Assembly (NCBI GenBank): GCA_040219255.1
Contig: JAVJSW010000012.1
Coordinates: 90,484 to 154,483, forward strand
DNA length: 64,000 nucleotides
From: Sumerlaeia bacterium
Lineage (GTDB): Bacteria > Sumerlaeota > Sumerlaeia > SLMS01 > JAHLLQ01
Direction: 5' to 3'
The notes under the pieces: generated by a model
Seen by the model: the letters and a program-made list of their open reading frames with translations, nothing else
Database searches by the model: none
Told to the model about the DNA's origin: nothing
Program-made: the position numbers and the translations under genes
Shown here: piece after piece, positions 39,012 to 49,061 of the stretch
How the letters are laid out: the number at the start of each line of letters is the position of its first letter
Numbering within the stretch: the stretch's first letter is position 1

Positions 39012-42000
39012 ATGCTCACCGCCTTCCCTATCCCACTCCTAACTCTGCTTTTTGGAGTCATCGCCATGACTGCTCGCCTTCACGCACTCCCTACGCCGTG
39101 GCAGGGGAGCGCCGAACCTGCCTCGGTGGTGGTGCAGGACAACGCCCGCTTCACGATTTTGACACCTCAGCTCGTCCGCCTCGAGTGGGCAGATGACGGC
39201 CAGTTCGAGGACCGCCCGTCGTTGCGCTTTCCCTATCGCAACCTGCCGGTTCCGGCCTATTCGGTCATGGAAGACGATGGCGCCCTCGTGATTGAAACGG
39301 AAGCGCTGGAACTGCGCTACGAAGGCCAAGGGACGTTCACGTCGGAAAACCTCTCGATCCGCCTCAAATCCTTGGAAACCCCCTTCACCTGGCGCCCCGG
39401 CATGGTGGACGAAGGCAATCTCGGCGGGACGGTGCGAACCCTCGATAGCGTCAGCGGCCCCACGGAACTGCAGCCGGGGCTTGTGTCGCGCGATGGCTGG
39501 GTTTGGGTGGACGACAGCGAGGCGCTGCTATTCGGCAGGGACGGCTGGCCCGAACCCCGCCAACCGGGCGCTCGACAGGACGGCTACTTTTTCGGCTACG
39601 GCCACAATTATCAGGAAGCGGTCCGCGATTTCACTCGCGTTTCCGGGGCGCCGCCGCTGCCGCCGCGCTGGAGCTTCGGCGCCTGGTGGTCCCGCTACTG
39701 GGCCTACTCGGAACAGGAACTCAAGGACCTCGTCGCCGAATTCCGCGAGCACGACGTCCCCCTCGATGTCCTCGTCATCGACATGGATTGGCACCTGGAC
39801 GGCTGGACCGGCTATACCTGGAACCCAGAGTACTTCCCCGATCCGGAAGACTTCCTGGCCTGGGTCCACGATCAGGGCCTTCATGTGACGCTGAACCTGC
39901 ACCCCCACGACGGTGTCGGAGCCCACGAAGCGGCCTTCGAAGACATGGCTCGCAGTCTCGGCCAGGACCCCGCCGAGACCGAACGCATCCCCTTCCAGAT
40001 CGCCGATCGCGCCTACATGGAGGCCTATTTCAAGCACCTGCACCATCCCCTCGAACGCCAGGGCGTCGATTTCTGGTGGATGGACTGGCAGCAGGGCGAA
40101 ACGTCCGACCTGCCGGGCCTCGATCCGCTGTTCTGGCTGAACCATCTCCATTGGATGGACATGGTCACCAACCCCGAGCGCCGCGACCTGCGGCCCATGA
40201 CCTTCAGCCGTTGGGCCGGGCTCGGCGGTCAACGCTACCAAATCGGCTTCAGCGGCGACACCTACAGCAACTGGGACTCGCTCGGTTTCCAGCCCGAGTT
40301 CACCGCCGCCGCCGCCAACGTGGCCTACCCATACTGGAGCCACGACATCGGCGGCCATTTCCTCGGACCGGTGCCGGGCGAAGTCTATGCGCGGTGGATT
40401 CAGTTCGCCGCCCTCAACCCGTTCCTGCGTACTCACGCCACCAAGAACCCCAACGCCGAACGCCGCATCTGGGCCTTCGAGCCAGAGGTCTTCCACGCCG
40501 CACGCAAGGCGTTCCACCTGCGCTATGCGCTTCTACCGTACATCTACACCGCCGCATGGCGCGCCCACGATGCCATCGAGCCCATGGTCAAGCCGCTCTA
40601 CTACCAGTGGCCCGAAATGGCCGAGGCCTACGAGTACAAGGACGAGTACCTCTTCGGCGACCAGATGCTCGTCGCGCCCGTCGCCGAACCCGTCGGCGGC
40701 GCTAGCCGATGCGCGGCGCGGACGCTGTGGTTGCCGCCGGGCCGGTGGCAGCTCTGGCACACGGGCCAGACCTTCGAAGGCCCCGCAGTGGCGACGGTGA
40801 TGGTGGCGCTCGACGAAGTGCCGCTGTTCCTGCGCGGCGGCGCCATCGTGCCCATGATGCCCAAGCGGAGCCGCACCGGCGATCCCGCGCCAGAAGACCT
40901 CGACATCCGCGTCGCGCCAGGCCTCGCGGGCGAGTTCACCCTCTACGAAGACGACGGTGTTTCTACCGCCTATCTGCGCGGCGAGTCCCTAAAAACCCGC
41001 ATCACCTCGCGCCGCACCGGTGACCGCACCACCGCCCGCGTCGAGCCGGCAGAGGGCCGCACCTTCGACGAATTCCCCCGCCGCCGCACCTTCCGGTTCC
41101 ACTTCACCGACGTCTGGAAGCCTGAGCGTGTGCTCCTGGACGGTGCAGCGACCCAGGCCTGGGAGTACGATGCCGAGGCGCTCACTCTTGTTGTCACGGC
41201 CGCCGATCGCGACGCTCTCGGCGCCGCCACGGAAGTCACCGTCGTCCATCCCCGGCGCGATGAATCGCCGCTGCGCCAGGGCCTGAGGGGGCGCAAGGCC
41301 CTCGTGCGGGACCTCGCCGAACGCACCGGCATCGCCCCGCCGGACATCGGCGAAGGCAACGCCCCGGCGGTCCTCGCGGCCGCCCAAGACCTCGCCGAGG
41401 CGGCGGGCGAAGACGACGCCCTGCGCTCGGAAATTCTGCTGCGCATGCTCGGCATCGCCGAGGAATTTCAGAGCACCGCGAGCGACACCGGAACCGTCGA
41501 GGCGAGCCTCACCGTCAATGTTCTGACGCCCATCGAGGGATTGACCGCCCGCGTCACCTTCGATCCGCCAGCCGGATGGTCCTTCACCGGCGGCGCCACC
41601 GAACACGAGCCCAGCCCCCTAAGCCACGGCCGGCCCTTCCACGCCACCGTCACCCTCGCCCCCGAAGGCGGCGCCCCCCAGCCGGTCATCCTCGGCGCCA
41701 CGCTCTTCCTCACGGGCCCCGGCGGCATCGCCATGAGTCTGCCCATGGAGCAGGTGCTCCTGCCTTCGATCAACGCCTGGAAGGTCATAGGCCCCTTCGC
41801 CAACGCCTGGGAGGACGGCCTCGATCAGGTCCTCGGCCCCGAAACCGATGGCTACGATTCCGAGGCCGAGTACACCGGCATGGACGGCGATCCGGTGGGA
41901 TGGGTCGGCGCGTCGCGAACCATCGAGCCCGGCATCGACCTCCAGAGCGAACACGTCGTCGATTTGCACGAGGCCCTCGGCGGCTTCCACGAATACGCCG

Positions 42001-42290
42001 TCGCCTATGGCTACACGATCATCCACTCGCCCAAAGCCATGGACGCCGTGCTGGCGCTGGGCTCCGACGATGGCGTGGCGGCGTGGCTCAACGGCGAACT
42101 CGTGCACAAGAACGCCGTCGGCCGGGCCTACACCGCGAAAGAAGACACCGTGCCCGTGCGCCTGAATGCGGGCGAGAACACGTTGATGCTGAAAATCACC
42201 CAGGGCCAGGCCGGGTGGGCCTTTGGCGCCCACCTGGAAACGCCCGACGGCCGGCCCATCGCGGGATTGCGGGCGGTGGAGCCGGAGTAG
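39012..42290 (+). CDS. Glycoside hydrolase family 31 (alpha-glycosidase) with accessory C-terminal beta-sandwich (PA14-like) domain
   Basis: WWSRYWAY, PLDVLVIDMDWH, WTGYTWN, DFWWMDWQQG (nucleophile), FSGDT (acid/base), WSHDIGGH, LYEDDG; C-terminus GSDDG...WLNG...LNAGEN.L.LK. Confidence 0.92.
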   Translation: MLTAFPIPLLTLLFGVIAMTARLHALPTPWQGSAEPASVVVQDNARFTILTPQLVRLEWADDGQFEDRPSLRFPYRNLPVPAYSVMEDDGALVIETEALELRYEGQGTFTSENLSIRLKSLETPFTWRPGMVDEGNLGGTVRTLDSVSGPTELQPGLVSRDGWVWVDDSEALLFGRDGWPEPRQPGARQDGYFFGYGHNYQEAVRDFTRVSGAPPLPPRWSFGAWWSRYWAYSEQELKDLVAEFREHDVPLDVLVIDMDWHLDGWTGYTWNPEYFPDPEDFLAWVHDQGLHVTLNLHPHDGVGAHEAAFEDMARSLGQDPAETERIPFQIADRAYMEAYFKHLHHPLERQGVDFWWMDWQQGETSDLPGLDPLFWLNHLHWMDMVTNPERRDLRPMTFSRWAGLGGQRYQIGFSGDTYSNWDSLGFQPEFTAAAANVAYPYWSHDIGGHFLGPVPGEVYARWIQFAALNPFLRTHATKNPNAERRIWAFEPEVFHAARKAFHLRYALLPYIYTAAWRAHDAIEPMVKPLYYQWPEMAEAYEYKDEYLFGDQMLVAPVAEPVGGASRCAARTLWLPPGRWQLWHTGQTFEGPAVATVMVALDEVPLFLRGGAIVPMMPKRSRTGDPAPEDLDIRVAPGLAGEFTLYEDDGVSTAYLRGESLKTRITSRRTGDRTTARVEPAEGRTFDEFPRRRTFRFHFTDVWKPERVLLDGAATQAWEYDAEALTLVVTAADRDALGAATEVTVVHPRRDESPLRQGLRGRKALVRDLAERTGIAPPDIGEGNAPAVLAAAQDLAEAAGEDDALRSEILLRMLGIAEEFQSTASDTGTVEASLTVNVLTPIEGLTARVTFDPPAGWSFTGGATEHEPSPLSHGRPFHATVTLAPEGGAPQPVILGATLFLTGPGGIAMSLPMEQVLLPSINAWKVIGPFANAWEDGLDQVLGPETDGYDSEAEYTGMDGDPVGWVGASRTIEPGIDLQSEHVVDLHEALGGFHEYAVAYGYTIIHSPKAMDAVLALGSDDGVAAWLNGELVHKNAVGRAYTAKEDTVPVRLNAGENTLMLKITQGQAGWAFGAHLETPDGRPIAGLRAVEPE

Positions 42291-42291
42291 C

Positions 42292-43374
42292 CTACTCCAC
42301 GAGGCGCCAGTTCAGGACGCGGGCCGTGGAGGAGTGCTCGGAAATCGTGTAGAGCGAGTCGTCCGTGCTGGCGTCGAATTCGATTTCCGAGTTCGCGCCC
42401 GCCAACGTCACCGTGCCGCCGATGTCGTCCCAGTTCGTCCCGCCGTCGAGCGACTGATACGCCGCCAGGTTCGAGGGCGTCAGGCCTTGCGACATGGCCT
42501 CCGACTCGTCGAACTCGTGCGTCATGCGCAGGGAAGAGTCGCTGCCTTGCAGGCCCGAGACCTCCCAGTACTGATCGCCCAGGACGGTGGCCTGGGGCGT
42601 GTTCGGAGGCAGCGCCGGGACCTGCTCGACCGTCAGGGCGCTGTATGTCGAATCGTTCAGGGTCACATCGGCGGTCATGCCCACAGTCGTCCCGAAGTCC
42701 ATCGGAGTGGTCGTGCCCGGCTCGGCCACGCGCGACACCGGGTTGTCCTGCGAGCCCTCGTAGATCCGCACGCCGTCCAGGCTCAGCGTGACATTTGGCA
42801 AGGCCAGAAAGGCGACACGGAAGTCGTAATTCGTCGAGACGGGAGCGCTGGAAGACAGACTGCCATCGATATAGAGTTCGATCGTGTCGGCCGAGAGCAC
42901 GAACGCCACATCGTGCGGCGTGGTATCCAGCGCCGCCGAGGCCTCCAGTTGGCCACCGCCCTGGGCCGTATCGAAAGACCGCACGAAGGGCGATGGATCG
43001 GACGTCCGCGTCACCGTGTAGGAATGACCCGAGTCCTGGCCGACTTGACTGACAAAGACGGTGGCGTAGGTATCCACGCCGTCGATCTGCTCGACGGCGA
43101 AGCCCTGGAATTCGATGACCACCGGGACGGCCTGGTAGCTGTTGGTGGAGATCACATAGCCTCCGGCCATCGTCAGGGTGCCGCTACTGATCGACACGGG
43201 GTCCTGGGTGAACCAATTGGGGTTGTTGACGAAAAATGGGTCGTCGAAGGTTTCTTCGAAGATGATCGTCTCCACATCGGGAAGCTGCGCCAGGGCCGGG
43301 AAAACCAGGACCGGGGAAACCAGGGCCACCATGGCGAAGAGGCTGAGAGAGACTGGAAATGGACGGGTTTGCAT
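42292..43374 (-). CDS. Secreted acidic beta-rich protein (ConA/LamG-like N-domain)
   Basis: Signal peptide ending ALA-Q; IFEETFDD...HDVAF...IELYIDG...LDGVRIY; tail VLNWRLVE. Confidence 0.7.
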   Translation of the reverse strand: MQTRPFPVSLSLFAMVALVSPVLVFPALAQLPDVETIIFEETFDDPFFVNNPNWFTQDPVSISSGTLTMAGGYVISTNSYQAVPVVIEFQGFAVEQIDGVDTYATVFVSQVGQDSGHSYTVTRTSDPSPFVRSFDTAQGGGQLEASAALDTTPHDVAFVLSADTIELYIDGSLSSSAPVSTNYDFRVAFLALPNVTLSLDGVRIYEGSQDNPVSRVAEPGTTTPMDFGTTVGMTADVTLNDSTYSALTVEQVPALPPNTPQATVLGDQYWEVSGLQGSDSSLRMTHEFDESEAMSQGLTPSNLAAYQSLDGGTNWDDIGGTVTLAGANSEIEFDASTDDSLYTISEHSSTARVLNWRLVE

Positions 43375-43581
43375 CGCGTCGGCTCCATAAGGAAAGAATA
43401 ACGCGGCCACGATAGCGGACCCGAACTATCCGTTCTAGAACTTTAATTTTTGCGCATGGAAAAAAGTGAAGCCCCCGGCGGCCTCGCGACCGGGAGAGGG
43501 TTTGCGGGGAGCGGAACCGTCTGAATTATTAACATGAGATCTCGGGCAAAGCCCTTCGCGTTAACAATTGGCGGCCGGGCG

Positions 43582-44106
43582 CTACCCCTGCCAATAACGC
43601 CGCACGCTCTCCCAATAGGCCTGCACCTCCGCCGCGTCCGTGCGCGACACCAACTCCTCCGCCGTCTCCCACGCCGCTTGCGCCAACGCCACCAGCCCCG
43701 GGACAGAGGGGTTCGCGAAGCGCATGCGAAACCAACCGTCTGGACAATCGATTGCCATCACGTACCCGATCCCATCCAGCGTCATTGTCGAAGGCTCCTC
43801 CCATGCCGTCAGCCGCAGCGGAGTCCTCAGCGCCGCCGCCATCGCGTCGCGCTCCAGGTCCGCCCGAACGCCCCTCAGCTTGGGGACGTCGCTTGAGAGC
43901 GTGACGACCCGCGAATGGCGATCCGTCGCATCCGCCAGAAAAACCCCGCGCAGCCGCTGCCCTTGGCCCCGGCAGGGCTGCCCCACCATGACGCAGCACC
44001 ACGGATCGAAGCTCGGCTGGAACAGGCAGGACCAGCGCGGTTCGCAATCGAGCCGCACCTTGGCCGCCCGGTAGAGTTCGTCCACTGTGCCCCCTCGATC
44101 CGCCAT
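43582..44106 (-). CDS. Hypothetical protein
   Basis: GAAGG RBS, host-like codons; LFQPSFDP and LDGIGY...F.NP motifs. Confidence 0.55.
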   Translation of the reverse strand: MADRGGTVDELYRAAKVRLDCEPRWSCLFQPSFDPWCCVMVGQPCRGQGQRLRGVFLADATDRHSRVVTLSSDVPKLRGVRADLERDAMAAALRTPLRLTAWEEPSTMTLDGIGYVMAIDCPDGWFRMRFANPSVPGLVALAQAAWETAEELVSRTDAAEVQAYWESVRRYWQG

Positions 44107-44129
44107 CGTCCGGCCTTCGCTTGGGGGGG

Positions 44130-46418
44130 TTACTTCACCACCCACCCACTCCAGGGCATCGCCGGCTGCGTCGCCACGGGAATGTGCAGCAACTCGATGT
44201 CGTCGATGTTCCAGCCCGCGTAGGTCCAGCCCACATCCGTCGGCCCCATGCCCCAGCGCAGGAAGATTTCATCCGCGCCGTCGGCCACGTTCGACAGGTC
44301 GAACTCGACTTGACCCCAGGCGGTGTCTTCGATGGTCACGTCGGGGTTTTCCCAGATGGTCGTCCAGGTCGCGCCGTCCGCCGAGGCCTGGAGATTGGCG
44401 CGGTCGTAACGGCTTTGCTCCACCTGGAGCCAGCGCTGGAACCGCAGCTTCGTGGAGTGGCCGCCGCTGACGTCGATGGGCGCGCTGGTCAGCGTCTCCG
44501 TCGTGGCCATGTCGTTCACATAGGCGCCCGTCAGGTTATAGCCGAGCACATTGGCGCCGGTGTGGCCGCTCGTGGGATCGGGTCCGCCATGGGTGCCCGC
44601 CTGACCGGTCGGTTGGCCGAAAGCCCATTCGCCCGTGCCGGTCCAGCCCGGGTCCTCGTCCAGCGGGTTGTCGTAGAAAACCACGAATTCGCTGATCGTC
44701 GCCGCGTCCATCACCGTGGCCGGTCCGGTGCCGTCGAAGGCATCGGCGTAGCTCACCGTCAGGGTCCCGCCCAGCTCCACCGGGAACGTGCCCTCCGCGC
44801 CGTTTCGCGAAATCGGCAGGTCCGCCGCGAAAACGCCGCCGCCCTCCGCCGCCAGCTCCAGCGTCCGGCTCGCCGCGGGGCTTGAAATGCTTACCTCGGC
44901 GACGCTCTCGTTCACCAGGTCCGTATCCACCAGCCGCACCCGGGGTGTGTCGGACACCAGGTACTCCTCGCGGTCCAGGCTCACCTGTCCCGCCGAGGTG
45001 CTCAGCAGCAGGTTCAGTTCCACCACATCGCCCGCATCCACGGTCACGGTGCCCTGGCCATTGCCCACGCCGGTTTTCTGGCCCCGCACCGTGTACGTCC
45101 CCGGCGCCACATCCAGGATCGTGTAGAAGCCGTCCCAGGCGCTCAGGTAATTGTACGCGTCGCCCGTCATGTTGATCTTCGCGTCCAGGATCGGATTGCC
45201 CAGGGCGTCGCGCACTGTGCCCACGACGATGGCGGTTTGCGGGTCGGTCTTCCAGGGCAGTTCGGGAACGGTCGCGGGTTCGGTGTAGGCCTGGGCCTTG
45301 ATCCCGGCGAAATCCGTCACCACCCCCGGCCACAGAACCGTTCCCAACGCCCCCTGGCTGCGGGATTGGAGAATCTGCGCCACCTCGTCGTTGCGCACGT
45401 TGATGCCGGGGTAAACGTAGCGCCCTCCATCGAACCTCTGGAAATCGTCCAGCAGCACCTCGAACGGATGATCGCTGCCGATCTCCCAGTAAATCTGCGG
45501 AAACAACACGTCCATCACATGCGACTCCATCCAGCCGAAACTGTCCTGGTACCAGGAATGATAGCTTTCCGTGCCGAATCCCTGGTAGCCGCCGGGGACT
45601 TTGCGGCAGATGCCAAACGGCGCCGAGCTGATCGTGATATTGGACTTCCGCAGCGCCGTCGCGCCATAAATTTTGCGCAAGTCCCGCGTGATCTGCGACC
45701 GCATGAAACCGCCCCAGTCCAGGCCGTCCGGGTTGCCGTCGCCGGCGAAGCGCGCCTCGGAAATCGGATCGTGCGAGAACTCTGGACCCGGCGTCCGGAT
45801 GCGGTCGAAATGCAGGCCGTCGATGTCGTAATTCTCCACGATGTGCATGATCGCCCGCCGCGTCCACCACGACGCCTCCGGGATGCCCGGACTCATCCAG
45901 ACGTAACCGTCCACGGTGCCCTGCGGCGCGCCGCTCTCGTCGTGGATGACCCATGGCTCGGCCGAGTCCGGCCCGTGCAGATTCAGGATGTGCTGGGGCG
46001 TCGTGTTGGCCGGCGGCACCGGCTGGGAAATCGTGTGGGTGTTGATGTAGGCATGCAGCTCCAGGCCCCGGGCGTGCGCCTCGTCGATGGCGAACTGCAA
46101 CGGATCCCAGCCCGGATCGGTCCAGCCGTAGGGCGAACTCCAGGGTTCGTAGGGGCTCGGGTAATAGACATCGCACTGGCCCCGCACCTGGAACAGCACG
46201 GCGTTGAAATTGTTGTCCACCAGTTCGTCGAAGATGGCGCGGATGTTGGCCTTGGTCGAGGTCTCGCCACCGGCGGGCCACAGGAACCGCGACACCCAGT
46301 AGGCGCGCATCTCCGGATTCTGGGCCACCGCGGGCGCCGCCAGCGCCACCGCGAGTGCGGCCATCAGCAAAGTCGTCAGGAAAGATTTCGTCGGGTGAAT
46401 CGGTCTCACGAGGTTCAA
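44130..46418 (-). CDS. Secreted glycoside hydrolase-like 10 (DUF187/YddW-type) protein with carboxypeptidase-regulatory and jelly-roll accessory domains
   Basis: EMRAYWV, NFNAVLFQVR, YPSPYEPWS, WDPLQFAIDEAHARGLELHAY, YDIDGLHFDRIR, YQD...W...PQIYW; tail SGWVVK. Confidence 0.88.
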   Translation of the reverse strand: MNLVRPIHPTKSFLTTLLMAALAVALAAPAVAQNPEMRAYWVSRFLWPAGGETSTKANIRAIFDELVDNNFNAVLFQVRGQCDVYYPSPYEPWSSPYGWTDPGWDPLQFAIDEAHARGLELHAYINTHTISQPVPPANTTPQHILNLHGPDSAEPWVIHDESGAPQGTVDGYVWMSPGIPEASWWTRRAIMHIVENYDIDGLHFDRIRTPGPEFSHDPISEARFAGDGNPDGLDWGGFMRSQITRDLRKIYGATALRKSNITISSAPFGICRKVPGGYQGFGTESYHSWYQDSFGWMESHVMDVLFPQIYWEIGSDHPFEVLLDDFQRFDGGRYVYPGINVRNDEVAQILQSRSQGALGTVLWPGVVTDFAGIKAQAYTEPATVPELPWKTDPQTAIVVGTVRDALGNPILDAKINMTGDAYNYLSAWDGFYTILDVAPGTYTVRGQKTGVGNGQGTVTVDAGDVVELNLLLSTSAGQVSLDREEYLVSDTPRVRLVDTDLVNESVAEVSISSPAASRTLELAAEGGGVFAADLPISRNGAEGTFPVELGGTLTVSYADAFDGTGPATVMDAATISEFVVFYDNPLDEDPGWTGTGEWAFGQPTGQAGTHGGPDPTSGHTGANVLGYNLTGAYVNDMATTETLTSAPIDVSGGHSTKLRFQRWLQVEQSRYDRANLQASADGATWTTIWENPDVTIEDTAWGQVEFDLSNVADGADEIFLRWGMGPTDVGWTYAGWNIDDIELLHIPVATQPAMPWSGWVVK

Positions 46419-46552
46419 AAGTCCTTTAGTTCGATCATGAAGTGGTTTGGACCGGCCCGCTCCGGGTTGGCAACAGAGAATTTATGCAGCCAAAAATTTT
46501 CACCCCGATCCACATCCTCCCTTATTGAATAGAAGCGACTTACGAACTTTCC

Positions 46553-46577
46553 GTTCGTAGTCCCGCCTTCAGGCGGA
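46553..46577 (+). repeat. GTAG-type REP-like palindrome, copy 3
   Basis: GTTCGTAGTCCCGCCTTCAGGCGGA, identical to 4728-4752. Confidence 0.8.
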
Positions 46578-46597
46578 ACAGGCTGCTAGCAGCCCCT

Positions 46598-46711
46598 TTA
46601 CTCCACCGCCCGCCAATACCCCGCCAGCGTCCGCGCCATCGCCATGTGGGCGTTCGCGTCGTCGCCGCCATAGCCCCACACGTGCAGCCCGCGCCGGTCG
46701 AAGCGGAACTT
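46598..46711 (-). repeat. Duplicated 3' end of the 47993..48859 gene
   Basis: 46602-46711 matches 47997-48106 with 3 mismatches; both encode KFRFD.RGLHVWGYGGDDANAHMAMARTLAGYWRAVE followed by a stop. Confidence 0.95.
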
Positions 46712-47732
46712 CATCGGGTAAACCATCCATTGTTCGGTGTAGTCTGCAAAACACCTGTCAACGTACAGGTCGTCGAGACGGGGTAGGGCCACGTGGGGCG
46801 TTCCAGGGCGGGCGGAAGACGAAAATCGCTGGGGCCCGGGCCTGGATTGAGAGAGTTATGATCGGGAGAAATCAAAAAACCCCTCCCAAAACTTGTATGG
46901 GGTTTAAGGTCCAAAATTGCAGAGTCTGTAGTATATCCTTCCAGTGCATATGTGATCTTGACAGGCCCTTGAGGCACTGGTCCCTCTGGATAAAGCAGTG
47001 CGGTACTTGCTCGCGCGTATTCACCACCACTGACCCAAACAAGTGTGGCAGTATTAAAAAGCACACTCAACGGCTGGTAATATCCTTGAACATATTTCGC
47101 ATCCCCAAACCTTGTACTTCCTTCCAAATATTCGACTGTTATAGTCGTTCTCCTGTCCTTGTAATCTACAAGAAAGTGATCATAAGAGACTGAAGACGGC
47201 CTATCTGTGCAATCAGCGATGTAACCACTAAAACTAACCACGACCAATTCCTCTGCTTCCTCGTGCGAAAGGTCTCCATAAAACTCCTCCATCCCAAGCG
47301 CCTCCCCATCAACCGGGACCACATAAGTTTGATTGAACATGCCCGCCGGACTGCCGTCGCTGAAGGTCGCTCCGAGACCCGCTCCCCAATATCCGGAAAA
47401 ACAATCGTGCATCGGCGAACTATAAGTAATATAGAACCCCTGGCCAAAGTCAAAAATACATTCTGGCCTCGAGTTGGCCGTCATTAATTCGCCATTCTCG
47501 TTATACCACTGGTAAAAGACGCTGGTTGGTGGTGGTTGAAACTGACTGATACTTTGGACACCAAAACGGCCGTTTGTGTCGTAGTACAGCGACGACGCCA
47601 ACCGAATGCACGTCGTGCTTTTCTCCTCTTCTCCGCCCTCCTGCGCCCACGCGAGAGCGCCAACGCCCAGAGCATCAGGGCCAGCAGGGCGCCGCTTCGA
47701 AGCGGCAGGAAGTCAATGGGAGGCGCTTTCAT
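46711..47732 (-). pseudogene. Secreted protein of mixed or low GC, frameshifted within its signal peptide (about 47665)
   Basis: AGGA RBS plus MKAPPIDFLPLRSGALLALML in one frame; LGVGALAWA-QEGGEEEKSTTCIRLASSLYY... continues in the frame of ORF 46711..47601; tail NNGWFTR. Confidence 0.65.
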
Positions 47733-47741
47733 GGCTATTTC

Positions 47742-47996
47742 CTACCAAGGCATTTCCGCCACGGCCATGGCCCGGCGCGTTCCGCTGGTGGCTTCCGCCT
47801 CGAAGGCCAGATTGACCACTTCGCCCGAGAGCCCGGCCGTCGAGATGCTCAGCGTAAAGCTTGTCTCCGTATCGTAGCTTCCCGTCACGTGGTTGGGCAC
47901 CTCGTCCAGCGTGCCGAATTTCCCCGAAAGCTGCGGATGCCAGGTCACCGTGAGCTGGGGAGATTCGAAGTGCTTGCCCAAAAGCGTCCGTTTCAT
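47742..47996 (-). CDS. Small hypothetical protein or C-terminal gene fragment
   Basis: ATG overlaps the stop of the upstream gene; MKRTLLGKHFESPQLTVTWHP...AEMPW. Confidence 0.4.
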   Translation of the reverse strand: MKRTLLGKHFESPQLTVTWHPQLSGKFGTLDEVPNHVTGSYDTETSFTLSISTAGLSGEVVNLAFEAEATSGTRRAMAVAEMPW

Positions 47997-48859
47997 TCCA
48001 CCGCCCGCCAATACCCCGCCAGCGTCCTCGCCATCGCCATGTGCGCGTTCGCGTCGTCGCCGCCATAGCCCCACACGTGCAGCCCGCGCTGGTCGAAGCG
48101 GAACTTGAGCGGGTTCGCCAGCTTCGGATCGGCCGCCGGGATCGAGCCCGGTTCCACCTGTTCGAACCGCCCGTCCATCGCCTGCACCAGCGCCCGCGCC
48201 GTATCGACGGTGCTGGCGTAGTCGGGGGTGAAGATTTCGCAGAACGCCACCACCATCAGCTTCTCGCCTCGCGCCGCCTTCTCCGCGAACGCGATGAAGG
48301 GCGCCATCTGGTGCGCCGCCGGCGCCCGGTCGTCTCCTCCGCCCTCCACCGCGAAGGACGCATACAGCGAATCCGCCAGCACCACCGCCTCCACCCGGTC
48401 GACGTACTCCGGCGTTTTCAGGATTTCCCGGATCGCGCCGTATCCCGCGCTGAAGCTCTGAAGCTCCACCGGCCCCACCGGCCGGTCCATCGCCGCGCTC
48501 GCCGACGTGATCAGGTCCTCGAACAGTGTCGTGCCTTCAAATGGCACCCGGTACGCCGACGAACCCTGCATGCCGCCAAAGGTGACGAGCGGATTGCGCG
48601 CGCCGCGGCGCAGATGCTCCTCCGCCGCCCACCACGACGCGCCGTGGAAGTGAAACGTCAACGTCGCCGTCGACCCCGCCTCCGCGCCCTCGCCCTCCGG
48701 CAGGAACAAGTCCGCGTGCTCCGCCAGCGCGATCCACTCGCCCTGGGCCTCGCGCGGCGCGTCCGCCAGATCCCTCAGAACGACCGTGGGTGGTTCGACG
48801 GCGGAGGTCCTTAGCGCGAAGAGGCAAAGGAGCAAGGGAGCGAAGTATTGGAGTTTCAT
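47993..48859 (-). CDS. Secreted alpha/beta-hydrolase-fold protein
   Basis: Signal peptide; FHFHG, nucleophile-elbow-like LQSFSAGYGA, VVLADSLY, terminal His (ANAH). Confidence 0.7.
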   Translation of the reverse strand: MKLQYFAPLLLCLFALRTSAVEPPTVVLRDLADAPREAQGEWIALAEHADLFLPEGEGAEAGSTATLTFHFHGASWWAAEEHLRRGARNPLVTFGGMQGSSAYRVPFEGTTLFEDLITSASAAMDRPVGPVELQSFSAGYGAIREILKTPEYVDRVEAVVLADSLYASFAVEGGGDDRAPAAHQMAPFIAFAEKAARGEKLMVVAFCEIFTPDYASTVDTARALVQAMDGRFEQVEPGSIPAADPKLANPLKFRFDQRGLHVWGYGGDDANAHMAMARTLAGYWRAVE

Positions 48860-49061
48860 GGGTTATGAGGGGCCCTGGAGGGAGATGGAAATCATGTGCA
48901 GGTGAGACCGTTCTCTCAACAGGCTCACCCTCTCAGCCTATGACAACCCATCGGCAGGTCAACGACAACGCCGACCGACTGAGGCGCGGGTCTCATAATT
49001 TCGTAACGGGAAATTGGGTACGGCTCCCATCGCCGCCAGCCACGCCCTCTACCGCCCCGAT

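Noticed and set aside
43524-43570. AATTATTAAC...GTTAACAATT inverted repeat as an integron attC site or riboswitch
   Set aside because: Only about 46 bp, the boxes do not fit RYYYAAC/GTTRRRY, there is a single copy and no integron integrase. It is probably a terminator or operator hairpin.
47993-48010. YWRAVE end of the hydrolase (and RYWQG at 43582) as further W-tail examples
   Set aside because: They lack the G/N before W and directly follow a presumed structural helix without a linker, so they were not counted.
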